The notes under the pieces: generated by a model
Told to the model about the DNA's origin: nothing
Databases searched by the model: none
Seen by the model: only the letters and a program-made list of their open reading frames with translations
Program-made: the position numbers and the translations under genes
NCBI GenBank assembly: GCA_044342185.1
Contig: JBIIQG010000001.1
Location: 70,020 to 134,019, forward strand
DNA: 64,000 bases
Direction: 5' to 3'
DNA from: Ilumatobacteraceae bacterium
GTDB taxonomy: Bacteria; Actinomycetota; Acidimicrobiia; Acidimicrobiales; Ilumatobacteraceae
Part shown: positions 18,697-28,733 of the stretch, one piece after another
Position numbering within the stretch: the stretch's first letter is position 1
Layout: each line of letters opens with the position of its first letter

Positions 18697-19935
18697 ATGA
18701 CTCAACTACCTATCGACGTTGACCCCGGTGAAGTGGGCCTCGACCCCCAACGACTTGCCCGTATTGAAAGCCACTTCGCCAAGTTCGTAGACGATGGCCG
18801 CCTCCCCGGCTGGCACATTGCGGTGTCGCGCGGAGGCAAATTGGCCTACAACGCCACGTACGGCCATGCCGACGTTGAGAACAACAAGCCCATCGCCGAC
18901 GACACCATCTACCGCATCTATTCCATGACCAAACCCATCTGTGCCGTTGCCGCGCTCATCTTGTGGGAAGAGGGCAAGTTCGAAATGCACGACCAGGTGA
19001 AGTGGTTTATTCCATCATTCGCAAACCAGAAAGTGTTCCGTAGCGGGACACTCACCGCCCCGCGCTTCGACCCCGTCACCGAGCCAATGGAGATGTGGCA
19101 TCTCTTTTCACACACCGCCGGACTGACATACGGCTTTGTGTATTCAAACCCAGTCGATCAGATGTATCGCAACGCAGGTTTCGAATGGGGTGTACCAAAA
19201 GATGCATCGCTTGCCGACATTTGTGACATCCTTGCTGGACTTCCTCTCATGTTTCAGCCAGGAACTGAGTGGGCTTACTCCATGTCTATTGACGTGCTGG
19301 GGCGAGTTGTAGAAATTCTGTCGGGCATGACTCTTGGTGAATTCATGCAGAAGAGAATTTTCGAACCACTCGGAATGACCGACACAGCGTTTCATTGCTC
19401 CGCCGACAAAGCAGATCGACTAGCCGCGTTATATGTGCCAAACCCTGCCGACAACCGTCGTCGTGTTCGCAACGATGCAATGGGTGCGGGTGCTGTTGTG
19501 GAGCCGAAGGCACATCTTGGTGGTGGCGGTCTTGTATCAACAATGTCCGACTACATGAAGTTTGCAGAAATGCTTCGCGGCGGCGGAGAACTCAATGGTG
19601 TCCGCATTCTTTCTCCACGCACGGTGTCGTTCATGGCATCAAATCATCTTCCAAACAATGCAGACCTCACCGCATACGGTCGACCACTCTTCGCAGAAAC
19701 TGCATTCGACGGTGTTGGATTTGGGTTAAGCGTCAGTGTCACGCTGGACCCAGTGAAAGCAAAAGTTCCTGGCAGTGCAGGCGACTACGGCTGGGGTGGA
19801 GCTGCAAGCACCAACTTCACAGTCGACCCGAAAGAAGACTTGGTGTACACAATCATGACGCAGTTGATGCCGTCAAGCACGTGGCCGCTACGGCCGCAGC
19901 TTAAGCAACTCGTGCACCAGGCGTTGGTCGATTAA
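18697..19935 (+). CDS. serine hydrolase (class C beta-lactamase / esterase family)
   Basis: YSMTK (SxxK) nucleophile motif and beta-lactamase-fold length (412 aa). Confidence 0.85.
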   Translation: MTQLPIDVDPGEVGLDPQRLARIESHFAKFVDDGRLPGWHIAVSRGGKLAYNATYGHADVENNKPIADDTIYRIYSMTKPICAVAALILWEEGKFEMHDQVKWFIPSFANQKVFRSGTLTAPRFDPVTEPMEMWHLFSHTAGLTYGFVYSNPVDQMYRNAGFEWGVPKDASLADICDILAGLPLMFQPGTEWAYSMSIDVLGRVVEILSGMTLGEFMQKRIFEPLGMTDTAFHCSADKADRLAALYVPNPADNRRRVRNDAMGAGAVVEPKAHLGGGGLVSTMSDYMKFAEMLRGGGELNGVRILSPRTVSFMASNHLPNNADLTAYGRPLFAETAFDGVGFGLSVSVTLDPVKAKVPGSAGDYGWGGAASTNFTVDPKEDLVYTIMTQLMPSSTWPLRPQLKQLVHQALVD

Positions 19936-20824
19936 CCGCACGGCGCATTTGCGCAGAGAGAACTCCGAGCACAACTAATCCGGTGGCGATAATGACGAGG
20001 CCTTGAGCCATCTCGTTGTTGATCCATTCCATAACGGTCATTACTACGCCAGCAACAACGCAGAACGCGCCAGCAACAAGCATTTCGGGTGCCAGAACGA
20101 TTGTTCCTGCAGCAAACAAAATTGCACCAGCGATGATTGGTGCGGGCCGCGTCCAATCTTCTGCCGAGCCAATATTCATTGAGCCGATAATGACGAACAA
20201 TGAACCAACGGCTCGAGCAATTTGTTGAGAACCAATTCGTTGATTCCCAACCAAGACAAGCGAGGCGGCAGCTACAAGGATGAAAGTTCCACCAAGTATC
20301 TGGCTGTCAGAGTTGATGAGCGAGCTGAGAGCAAGCGAGAACCCAATTGTTCCTACCGACATAGCAGCGGTTCCGGAGAATCGAGAACGTGTGCATCGAG
20401 ATACTCCCCACACAGCGGCTGCGCCAGTGAGCAACACACCAATCCATTCACTCTTCATGTCTGCTTGATCAAGAACTATTCCGGTAGCTCCAGCAGCGGC
20501 CCCCAGTGCGCCTAGTTCGAGTACTTCTGCAAAGCGTTTCATGATTTCCGAACCTGAAGACAACTTCCACGACGCCACACCCGCGGCAATGGCAACAACA
20601 TAAAGAGCCGTGGCAATTGTTCCCACTGATGCATCGTCGAAGGCCAGAGCCAAGAGACGAATGACGCCCACGGCAATGATGAGTGACGCGAGATATGTGA
20701 CTAGCTCACGAACCGAAAAAGACCAGCGAGGAGCATACGAGATGTTGTCGGCTTGGTCCGCGGTAATAACCCCATGAGTAACGAGGTCATCGAGAAGTTG
20801 ACGTTGTGTCCTGTCCTGTTCCAT
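19901..20824 (-). CDS. polytopic membrane protein (DUF2157-like?)
   Basis: 307 aa. Soluble N-terminal LLDDLVTHGVITADQADNI segment followed by about 8 Ala/Gly-rich TM helices. Confidence 0.45.
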   Translation of the reverse strand: MEQDRTQRQLLDDLVTHGVITADQADNISYAPRWSFSVRELVTYLASLIIAVGVIRLLALAFDDASVGTIATALYVVAIAAGVASWKLSSGSEIMKRFAEVLELGALGAAAGATGIVLDQADMKSEWIGVLLTGAAAVWGVSRCTRSRFSGTAAMSVGTIGFSLALSSLINSDSQILGGTFILVAAASLVLVGNQRIGSQQIARAVGSLFVIIGSMNIGSAEDWTRPAPIIAGAILFAAGTIVLAPEMLVAGAFCVVAGVVMTVMEWINNEMAQGLVIIATGLVVLGVLSAQMRRAVNRPTPGARVA

Positions 20825-20843
20825 GCCGCAAGTGTGTCACGAA

Positions 20844-22940
20844 TTAGGAGTTACTTTTGTACCAATCAACAACTGGTGCAACTGCGGCGTCTAACAGTGG
20901 TGCAACAAATATTGCGTAGGAACCCGTTATGTGGTTGTCATCTCTGTACACCAACAAGTTGCCCACAATTGTTGGACATACGGTGTCGGTACAGAACCAA
21001 TTGCGCACCCACACCACGTGTTCTCCGCTGGTATCAAAGTCCCGCATCATCTCAAACATGTCAACGCGATATGCATTGGTCATAGTGGGTGAACATTGTT
21101 GAACATTTGTGTAGTTCCTGCTCAGACATGACGGGACTAACTGCCCGGGGTACGGCGTGTCTTCCACCAAGATGGGAGTAATTCCTCGAGCACGTAATGC
21201 ATCGAGAGTTCCTTGCATTCCCTCTCGCCATTCTTTTTGCCACATGGGCTTACGAGTAGACGCAGATAACAAGCGATCAAAATGAATGACAAACGCGAAC
21301 TTCACACCGTCGGCCACCATGGCATCCAACGTGTTTGCTCTCCACTTTTTGCATTCGGGATACACGCGACCCAGCACCTTGTTGTACACCGGTATCTCTG
21401 CAGGCGGACAACCGGCCTTTGTGTACACATTCAGTTTCCAGTTGCGCTTGATGGCGACTTTCTCAAACGCAGGAAACCATTGTGCTGCGTGTGAGTCTCC
21501 GTATAAACCAACAACTGTTGTGGAATCGGTTTTTCCGAAACTGCATCCTGGTTTAGGTGCAACAGGTGTAAAGCGAACGTGACATCCATCTTCATAGATG
21601 ATGGGCTGATCAGAAACTGCTGCTTGAAGTGACGGGGTGAGATTCCCTGGTAACCCCGTTGCTTTCGCAGCATCAACAATGGCCTGCAGTGGTCGACCAA
21701 GTGCTGGCATCTCAGGAACCGCTGGAATTGTTGTTGTCGGACCAGGAACGGTTGTTGTTGTGTCCAGGACTGGCGTGGTGGCATCGGGTCCCAATGTGAT
21801 GCTGGGGGGATTGTTGCGCGCCATCACGGCTGTGCCACCCAAGAGCGACACCAACGCAACGGCGAGTGCAACTGCGCGCACGCCGCGAATAGAAATGTTC
21901 TGTCGAATGGGATTCTCCACCAACCGATACGAGAACTCCGAAAGTCCGAGCGTGATGGTAAGACACAACAGCCCATCCGCCACACTGAGCTCTCGGCCCA
22001 ATGCTGGTTCTGCGATGATGAGTATCGGCCAATGCCATAAGTACGCAGAGTAGGAACGTGAGCCCAACCACTGAAGTGGCCAGTAACGCAACACAGCAAG
22101 TGGCGCCCACGATGTAGCCATTCCACCATTAATGGCGAGGACTGTTGCCATAACTGGTACGAGTGCCCATGGACCAGGAAAAGTTGTTTCTTCACTGAAT
22201 GCAATAACACTGACAACAATTCCGACGATGCCAATCCAGCCACCTATTGCAGCGGCAGATTTGGCATTGCGAGATGCTGCAAGCGGAAGCACTGCAAGTA
22301 ACGCACCCAATGCAAGTTCGAATGCGCGGGTATGTGGCGAGAAGAACGCCCATGGCTGCGATGTTTGCATCAGCATCATGCAGGCCACAAAGGACGCAAC
22401 TGCGACGACTAGCGACAGTATGCCCACACGCACTCTGACTGTGAGGCGTGACCTATTGCTCATTCCAATGCACACCAACGCAATGAGTGCAGGCCATACA
22501 ACGTAGAACTGCTCCTCCACTGCCAAACTCCAATAGTGCTGTAGTGGCGATGGTGGAAACGACGACTGCAGATAGTCGGCACCACGATGTGCAAAGAGAA
22601 GATTCGAAGCAAATCCGGCGGTAGCGATCATGTCGCTGGTGAGCGACCGTACGCGAATGGGTTCTAGCCATATATAAGAGGCACCCAAGGTGAGAACGGC
22701 AACCAACGCCGAGACGGGAAGCAGACGACGAATGCGTCGGGCATAGAAAGAGGCCAGCGAGATAGTCCCCGATGTTGCTCTTTCATTCACCAGTAGCGAT
22801 GTGATGAGAAAACCAGACAACACAAAGAAGACATCGACGCCTACATAGCCACCATCGAGGCCCGGTACGCCAGCGTGAAAGAGAAGCACTGCGGCAACTG
22901 CGATCGCCCTAAGCCCTTCAATGTCTTGTCGCCGTTGCAT
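20844..22940 (-). CDS. acyltransferase family 3 protein with C-terminal SGNH-like domain (OafA-like)
   Basis: GLRAIAVAAVLLFHAG acyltransferase_3 start, about 10 TM, then an extracytoplasmic domain with YGDSHAAQW. Start set at MQRRQDIEGLR (22940). The track ORF extends to 22988. Confidence 0.85.
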   Translation of the reverse strand: MQRRQDIEGLRAIAVAAVLLFHAGVPGLDGGYVGVDVFFVLSGFLITSLLVNERATSGTISLASFYARRIRRLLPVSALVAVLTLGASYIWLEPIRVRSLTSDMIATAGFASNLLFAHRGADYLQSSFPPSPLQHYWSLAVEEQFYVVWPALIALVCIGMSNRSRLTVRVRVGILSLVVAVASFVACMMLMQTSQPWAFFSPHTRAFELALGALLAVLPLAASRNAKSAAAIGGWIGIVGIVVSVIAFSEETTFPGPWALVPVMATVLAINGGMATSWAPLAVLRYWPLQWLGSRSYSAYLWHWPILIIAEPALGRELSVADGLLCLTITLGLSEFSYRLVENPIRQNISIRGVRAVALAVALVSLLGGTAVMARNNPPSITLGPDATTPVLDTTTTVPGPTTTIPAVPEMPALGRPLQAIVDAAKATGLPGNLTPSLQAAVSDQPIIYEDGCHVRFTPVAPKPGCSFGKTDSTTVVGLYGDSHAAQWFPAFEKVAIKRNWKLNVYTKAGCPPAEIPVYNKVLGRVYPECKKWRANTLDAMVADGVKFAFVIHFDRLLSASTRKPMWQKEWREGMQGTLDALRARGITPILVEDTPYPGQLVPSCLSRNYTNVQQCSPTMTNAYRVDMFEMMRDFDTSGEHVVWVRNWFCTDTVCPTIVGNLLVYRDDNHITGSYAIFVAPLLDAAVAPVVDWYKSNS

Positions 22941-23038
22941 CCCACCAAGTATTGCGTGCCCGCCACGGCAACCTGAGTCACAGGTCACAGGCTGTTAGTC
23001 ACACCCAATGGAACTTTTGCCAGCTCACCGGTGTCTGT

Positions 23039-23662
23039 ATGTACGGAATGAACATCTGGCGCTCTTCTCTTCGTCTCGTGACAGCGACAACCATCTGTGT
23101 TGCGCTTACAGCATGTGGTTCAGATTCGTCAAACGAACTCCGTGGCTACCAAGCCCCATCAGCGAAGAGTTCTGCAGGTGTTTCCATAACGGATGCAGTC
23201 ACAGGAACGCCATTTGAACTTCGGGCTGACGATGGAGAGGTTCTCGTGGTGTATTTCGGGTACACACATTGTCCAGACATATGCCCCACCACGCTCGTTG
23301 CAGTAAAGAACGCGAAAGAGAAACTCGGCGCTCTGGGGAGCCGAGTTGATCTCGCCATGATCACGGTTGACCCAGAACGCGATACCGCCGACGTCTTACC
23401 TCTCTATCTCTCGTCATTTACCAACAAATTTCACGCACTAGTTCCTGCAAGCACTGAAGAGCTGAAGGCAGCCGAGAAAGTCTTTGACGCAACCTCTTCC
23501 GTCACCAAAGTCGACGGAAAAGTTGAGGTCATACACGGTGGCAATTGCTACATCGTTGATTCCAAAGGAGCCGTCGTTGATGAATGGCCATTTGGCATGG
23601 ACGCCCAATCAATGGCCCACGATCTCCGAATTCTCCTAAACGAAAGAGAGACAACAACATGA
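23039..23662 (+). CDS. SCO1/SenC family copper chaperone / thiol-disulfide lipoprotein
   Basis: Lipobox VALTAC, CPDICP copper-binding motif, thioredoxin-fold length. Confidence 0.85.
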   Translation: MYGMNIWRSSLRLVTATTICVALTACGSDSSNELRGYQAPSAKSSAGVSITDAVTGTPFELRADDGEVLVVYFGYTHCPDICPTTLVAVKNAKEKLGALGSRVDLAMITVDPERDTADVLPLYLSSFTNKFHALVPASTEELKAAEKVFDATSSVTKVDGKVEVIHGGNCYIVDSKGAVVDEWPFGMDAQSMAHDLRILLNERETTT

Positions 23663-24162
23663 AAACATCAATGAAGCGTGTCGCGCTAGCGGCGTTGTGC
23701 GCAACAAGCTTGATGGGTCTTGCGGCTTGTGGAAGTGATTCATCTTCTTCAGACACCACTGCAGTATCCGATGAGTCAGTTCCTGCAAAGCCAACCATTG
23801 CCGTGTCAGGTCAGTGGGCACGTACTAGCCCAATGGCCACCGACATGGGAGCGGCGTACATGACCATCAACTCAAATTTGGACGACGAACTCTTGTCGGC
23901 AAAGGTAGACATGTCTGTCGCCATGATGACTGAGGTCCACGAAACAGTGATGGGTGATGACGGCTCTATGAAGATGCAAGAGGTCGAAAAAATTGACATC
24001 ATTGCTGGCACCCCAACTGAACTAAAGCCAGGCGGTTACCACGTGATGTTGATGCAAGTGATCGAACCATTGAAGACAGGTTCAACAATCTCCGTCACTC
24101 TTACGTTCGCAAAAGCAGGTGACGTAGTGGTGGAAGTTCCTGTACAAGAAGAAGCACCCTGA
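23659..24162 (+). CDS. copper chaperone PCu(A)C (DUF461) lipoprotein
   Basis: ATGA overlap with the SCO gene. Lipobox GLAACG. M-rich segments and GGYHVMLM motif. Confidence 0.8.
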   Translation: MKTSMKRVALAALCATSLMGLAACGSDSSSSDTTAVSDESVPAKPTIAVSGQWARTSPMATDMGAAYMTINSNLDDELLSAKVDMSVAMMTEVHETVMGDDGSMKMQEVEKIDIIAGTPTELKPGGYHVMLMQVIEPLKTGSTISVTLTFAKAGDVVVEVPVQEEAP

Positions 24163-24212
24163 CCACATGTGACGAGACCATCCCCTCTGCACCGCAGAAG
24201 GGCAATAAGGGA

Positions 24213-24554
24213 ATGATTGCGGCATTAACTTTCGCAGTAATCATTCCCTTAATCGTCGCCATGGTGTTTGTTCTTCGGTCATCGGCGACTACGTACTCGT
24301 ACACCATTTCCCCGGGAACTCAAGAGGCCATTACCTACAGCCGACCCATTCCGAACGCCCTGCCACTCACACTGTCTCTCGAAGTGGGCGACACCTTAGA
24401 AGTCACCAACAACGACTCTTCGGCCCACACCTACGCGTTCCTTATTCTTCGACCTGGCGAAACTGGTCGGTACACCTTCCACAATTCAGGGGTTTTCACG
24501 GCGTCATGCACCGTTGGCGATCACGAGGAAGTGACAATCACCGTCCGCCGGTGA
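24213..24554 (+). CDS. membrane-anchored cupredoxin-like protein
   Basis: N-terminal TM helix. GDTLEVTNNDSSAHT ... PGETGRYTF ... GVFTASCTVGDHEEVTITV follows the cupredoxin strand pattern, with His, Cys and His at ligand-like positions. Confidence 0.5.
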   Translation: MIAALTFAVIIPLIVAMVFVLRSSATTYSYTISPGTQEAITYSRPIPNALPLTLSLEVGDTLEVTNNDSSAHTYAFLILRPGETGRYTFHNSGVFTASCTVGDHEEVTITVRR

Positions 24555-24566
24555 CACACTTGTGCC

Positions 24567-25046
24567 ATGGCACGAAAAGGCGACGACGCATTTGATCGCA
24601 TGATGCGAGACAATTTCGCATCTGTCACTGCCTATGCGAGATCAGCAACATCGCATCGCATGGTCGCCGATGAAGCTGTTCAGGAGACGTTCATTCGTGC
24701 ATGGAGGTACTGGCCCACCTTCCGAAACGAATCCAGTGCAATTTCGTGGCTCATTACAATTTGTCGCAGAGTCATTATTGACTTGGTGCGCAAGGAGAAA
24801 ATCTCCGAACAACTGCCCAGCCATCTCCCTTCACACCGAGACCAGTTCTCCGAAACAGCGATTAATGATCTCATTGCGCATCTTCCGCTTCCACAACGTG
24901 AAGCGTTCGTTCTGTGTGCAGTACTCGGGTTCGACTACGACAGCGCAGCTCAGACGCTCAACATTCCTATTGGAACTGTTCGGTCACGACTTGCACGTGC
25001 ACGCGAATCTCTCGGTCAGCAATACCAAGACGCACAAGCTGTGTAA
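24567..25046 (+). CDS. ECF-type RNA polymerase sigma factor (sigma-70 family)
   Basis: 159 aa. Region 2 (VQETFIRAWRYW) and region 4 HTH (YDSAAQTLNIPIGTVRSRLARAR). Confidence 0.85.
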   Translation: MARKGDDAFDRMMRDNFASVTAYARSATSHRMVADEAVQETFIRAWRYWPTFRNESSAISWLITICRRVIIDLVRKEKISEQLPSHLPSHRDQFSETAINDLIAHLPLPQREAFVLCAVLGFDYDSAAQTLNIPIGTVRSRLARARESLGQQYQDAQAV

Positions 25047-25048
25047 CT

Positions 25049-25585
25049 GTGGATTGCTCAACTGCTCGTAAGGTTCTTGTACAACCCGTCAGCACCGCCG
25101 ACGATCGCATGTCAGCCCGTCGCCACATGACCGAGTGTCCAATTTGCGCCGCAGAAGAAGATGCTGCCGTTGAGGAAGCCTTGGGTATGCAGCTCTCTGA
25201 CTTACGAGGCCCAGCGAATGCCTTACGCATAGGACTCTTGTGTATTGGAGCGCTTCAAGCATTCCTCGCACTACCTTGGATTTTCGGTGCAACTCCCTTG
25301 TGGGGCCCGAATGGAAATACGGCTATCTCACATCTCACGCGTGACGGTGTCATCGGCCTCGTCATGGGACTTATAGGAATCGCCGTTGGCATGAATAGCC
25401 GCTTGGCTTATTTTGCGCTCTCGGTCTGTGGTCTCTTGGTAGGGCTACAAGTCGTTGCATTCATTGCCGATCAGACCAGCGACAGGGTTCACCCTGTGTT
25501 CGAAATAGTCCATGGCCTGTCCATCATCATCACGGTTCTGGTTGCCATTGTGGCTTTCCCTCGAAAGCGCAGGCGTTTGGCCTAG
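25049..25585 (+). CDS. membrane-bound ZAS-type anti-sigma factor
   Basis: Starting at in-frame GTG 25049 (3 nt after the sigma stop) gives C3-x22-H26-x3-C30-x2-C33, a full zinc anti-sigma motif, followed by about 4 TM helices. Alternative ATG at 25109. Confidence 0.6.
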   Translation: MDCSTARKVLVQPVSTADDRMSARRHMTECPICAAEEDAAVEEALGMQLSDLRGPANALRIGLLCIGALQAFLALPWIFGATPLWGPNGNTAISHLTRDGVIGLVMGLIGIAVGMNSRLAYFALSVCGLLVGLQVVAFIADQTSDRVHPVFEIVHGLSIIITVLVAIVAFPRKRRRLA

Positions 25586-25643
25586 TGGCTCTGTGGTCTA
25601 AGGTTTAAAACGACCATTTCCACGTCATTCCCAAGGAGTCACA

Positions 25644-26444
25644 ATGGCCCGTCATACCCGTGTGCTTGCAGCAGTTGCAGCACTTTCACTCGTTATCACC
25701 GCTTGCGGTGGAGACGACTCATCATCAGACACAACCGTCGCTTCCGGCGGTGAACTTGAACTCGTCAAAGAGGGTTCACTCACCGTTTGCTCCGACGCAC
25801 CATATGAACCATTCGAGTTCCAAGACGAGAACGGCGAATGGACCGGCTTCGACATGGATGTTGTCCGCGCGATTGCTGAAGACAATGGTCTTGAGCTTGA
25901 AGTAAGCGTTCAACCATTCGACGGAATCTGGCTCGCACCTGCTGCAGGCAAGTGCGACATGGTGGCGTCATCAATGACCATCACAGCAGACCGCGAAGAA
26001 GCCGCAGACTTCACCAAGAGCTACTTCGATGCATTCCAGTCGTTGCTTGTTCGCAAGGACGATGCAGCTACCTTCAACTCACTTGATGCGTTGGCAGGAA
26101 AGACCATTGCTGTGCAGACCGGAACAACTGGCGAAACATTCGCAAATGCAAACAAGCCAGAGGGTGCAACCATTCAGTCATTCGACGAAGCATCGGCAAT
26201 GTTCCTGGCTCTTGAGTCAGGTCAAGTAGACGCAGTTCTGCAGGACTACCTCATCAACAAGGAGCGCGCAGACAAGCAAGGAACATCAGCTGTTTCTGTG
26301 AAGTTCGAAGACACACCAGAGCAGTACGGCTTTGCTGTAAAGACTGGTGACTCTGCACTCCTCGACATCTTGAACAAGGGCATTGACGCTCTCAAGGAGT
26401 CCGGCGAGTACAAGACCATCTACGACAAGTACTTCATCGGCTAA
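25644..26444 (+). CDS. amino-acid ABC transporter substrate-binding lipoprotein
   Basis: AAGGAG SD, lipobox VITACG, family-3 SBP pattern (YEPFEF...GFDMDV...). Confidence 0.85.
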   Translation: MARHTRVLAAVAALSLVITACGGDDSSSDTTVASGGELELVKEGSLTVCSDAPYEPFEFQDENGEWTGFDMDVVRAIAEDNGLELEVSVQPFDGIWLAPAAGKCDMVASSMTITADREEAADFTKSYFDAFQSLLVRKDDAATFNSLDALAGKTIAVQTGTTGETFANANKPEGATIQSFDEASAMFLALESGQVDAVLQDYLINKERADKQGTSAVSVKFEDTPEQYGFAVKTGDSALLDILNKGIDALKESGEYKTIYDKYFIG

Positions 26445-26480
26445 TTAGCCGACACTGAACTAACAGAAAACGAGGGGGCC

Positions 26481-27272
26481 ATGGCAATCAGCAAGCGCAA
26501 GCGTGCGATGTACACACGGTATGCCGTGTATGCACTCAGCATCGCTGCATTGCTGGCCGTGGCCCTTCTCGTTGACTGGAGCAAACTTTCCAATGCAATG
26601 TTCCGATGGAACCTTGTAAAGGAACAATTCCCCGACATCCTCACCAAAGCCGCGAAGAACACAGTCATCTTCACCATTCTTGGCTTCGCCGGCGGGCTCT
26701 CATTCGGACTCATCTTTGCGCTGATGCGCCTCAGCACGATTCGTCCGTACAGATGGTTAGCCGCCATCTACATTGAAATTTTCCGAGGCATTCCCCTCGT
26801 TGTCACTCTTCTCATTCTTGGTTTTGGCATTCCCATCGCTACGGGCTGGCAATGGCCAAACGCATACATGCAAGGTGCGGTTCCGCTTGCCTTAGTTGCC
26901 GCTGCATACATGGCTGAAACAATTCGCGCCGGCATTGAAGCCGTGCCCAAAGGCCAAATGGAAGCTGCGCGATCACTGGGTATGTCCTACCCGCGCGCAA
27001 TGGCCACCATCATCATTCCGCAAGCACTACGCATCATCATTCCGCCATTAACGAATGAATTCGTTCTGCTTATTAAAGACACCTCGCTTATCTCAGTCCT
27101 TGGCGTTACTGCTGCAACAAAAGACTTGGCGCGCTTTGGCCGTGACGGCGTCAACTCAACGGCCAATGCAACACCACTCATGGTGGCGGGTCTTGTGTAC
27201 TTAGCAATGACTCTTCCTCTCACGCAGTTAGTGGCATGGATGGAACGTCGCGCAAAGGCGGCAGGTAAATGA
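26481..27272 (+). CDS. amino-acid ABC transporter permease
   Basis: His/Glu/Gln/Arg/opine family EAA loop: [25 protein letters not shown]. Confidence 0.9.
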   Translation: MAISKRKRAMYTRYAVYALSIAALLAVALLVDWSKLSNAMFRWNLVKEQFPDILTKAAKNTVIFTILGFAGGLSFGLIFALMRLSTIRPYRWLAAIYIEIFRGIPLVVTLLILGFGIPIATGWQWPNAYMQGAVPLALVAAAYMAETIRAGIEAVPKGQMEAARSLGMSYPRAMATIIIPQALRIIIPPLTNEFVLLIKDTSLISVLGVTAATKDLARFGRDGVNSTANATPLMVAGLVYLAMTLPLTQLVAWMERRAKAAGK

Positions 27273-28030
27273 GTCAAGAACCAATTTTTATTGACGATTA
27301 CGTGGTCAGCATTTCTGACCTCAACAAGTCGTTCGGCACTAACCACGTCCTTCGTGGAATCGACCTTGAAGTACAACGTGGTGAAGTGGTGTGCATTATT
27401 GGGCCATCCGGATCCGGCAAAAGCACATTGTTGCGCTGTGTGAACATGCTGGAAAAGCCAAGCAGTGGTCGAATTGTTGTTCTTGGTCGCGAACTCACAC
27501 ATATCGATTGCGACCTTGACGAAGCCCGTTCAAAAATTGGCATGGTCTTCCAGCAGTTCAATCTGTTCCCCCACATGACTGCACTTCAGAATGTCTGTGT
27601 TGCCCAACGCAAAGTACTGAAGCGCAGTGCCGCGGAAGCCGAACAAACTGCTCGTGCGTTGTTGCAGCGAGTTGGCCTTGGTGAGAAAGCCGATGCCTAC
27701 CCCGGTCAACTCTCTGGTGGGCAACAACAGCGTGTAGCTATCGCACGTGCGCTTGCCATGAACCCAGATGTCATGCTGTTTGACGAAGCCACCAGCGCAC
27801 TAGACCCAGAACTTGTGGGCGAAGTACTACAGGTCATGCGTTCGCTTGCCGATGAGGGAATGACCATGCTGGTGGTCACCCACGAAATGAGCTTCGCATC
27901 GAACGTGGCATCGCGTGTTGTTTTCATGGACGGTGGCGTCATTGTGGAACAAGGACCGCCTTCACAAGTCATTTCTTCGCCTCGCGAAGAACGCACCCGC
28001 ACGTTCCTGTCGAACGTGCTGAACCACTGA
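27269..28030 (+). CDS. amino-acid ABC transporter ATP-binding protein
   Basis: GPSGSGKST Walker [16 protein letters not shown] signature, [11 protein letters not shown] Walker B. Confidence 0.9.
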   Translation: MSQEPIFIDDYVVSISDLNKSFGTNHVLRGIDLEVQRGEVVCIIGPSGSGKSTLLRCVNMLEKPSSGRIVVLGRELTHIDCDLDEARSKIGMVFQQFNLFPHMTALQNVCVAQRKVLKRSAAEAEQTARALLQRVGLGEKADAYPGQLSGGQQQRVAIARALAMNPDVMLFDEATSALDPELVGEVLQVMRSLADEGMTMLVVTHEMSFASNVASRVVFMDGGVIVEQGPPSQVISSPREERTRTFLSNVLNH

Positions 28031-28046
28031 ACACCCTCCCCCTAAG

Positions 28047-28733
28047 GTGCGTCGCATGAGCGACCAACGAGACCGAATTCAGGCACTTCTTACTCTGGCG
28101 CAACACCCCAACACGCCCCAGGCCGAGGCAGAAACCGCACTGGCTCTCGCATCAAAACTTATGCAAAAGCACGGCCTGTCAGAAAGTGACATTGCCGACT
28201 CTGCTCCCGCAGAAGACACAGAAGTTGTCATTCGTACATTCCTTATTGGTGGTCCGTACCGCGTGCGGCGCAAAGACCTGTTGTGGCACATTGCGCGCTT
28301 GCATTCATGTGCGGGCTACCGCGCATTCGACGACGATGACGACAACTGCGTCATGGTTCTCTACGGACGCGACAGCGACATCACTGCTGCGTACACCCTT
28401 TTCTGCGCAGCAGACTTACTTGGCGCTCGTGTGTTACCACGCGGAGACCGCTCGTGGCGCACTGCATGGTGGAATGGTTTCACGCAAGGAATTGTGGAAG
28501 CGCTCAACACATCACGGAAAGAATTCATCAGCGAAACACCAGGTTCAGGCTTGGTACTTGCAAGTCGCATGGATCGCGCAGCACGCGAGATGCGCGCTAC
28601 TGCTCCTCCGTTATCAGGAAGTCGCTCCTACACCGACACATCGTCTGGTGCATACGCAAATGGTCGCGCTGCCGGACAAGGTTTCTCCACCGGCGGACGT
28701 TCGTTCACCAGCGGAGTCCGCGGCGAATTATGA
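28047..28733 (+). CDS. DUF2786 domain protein
   Basis: N-terminal RIQALLTLAQHPNTPQAEAETALALASKLMQKHGL is the DUF2786 signature. Confidence 0.7.
   Translation: MRRMSDQRDRIQALLTLAQHPNTPQAEAETALALASKLMQKHGLSESDIADSAPAEDTEVVIRTFLIGGPYRVRRKDLLWHIARLHSCAGYRAFDDDDDNCVMVLYGRDSDITAAYTLFCAADLLGARVLPRGDRSWRTAWWNGFTQGIVEALNTSRKEFISETPGSGLVLASRMDRAAREMRATAPPLSGSRSYTDTSSGAYANGRAAGQGFSTGGRSFTSGVRGEL

Noticed and set aside
20844-22988. Numerous 60-140-aa ORFs on the opposite strand or in other frames inside the acyltransferase gene (and similarly inside most long genes)
   Set aside because: They sit entirely inside well-supported long CDSs and have no motifs or ribosome-binding sites. This is typical shadow-ORF background.
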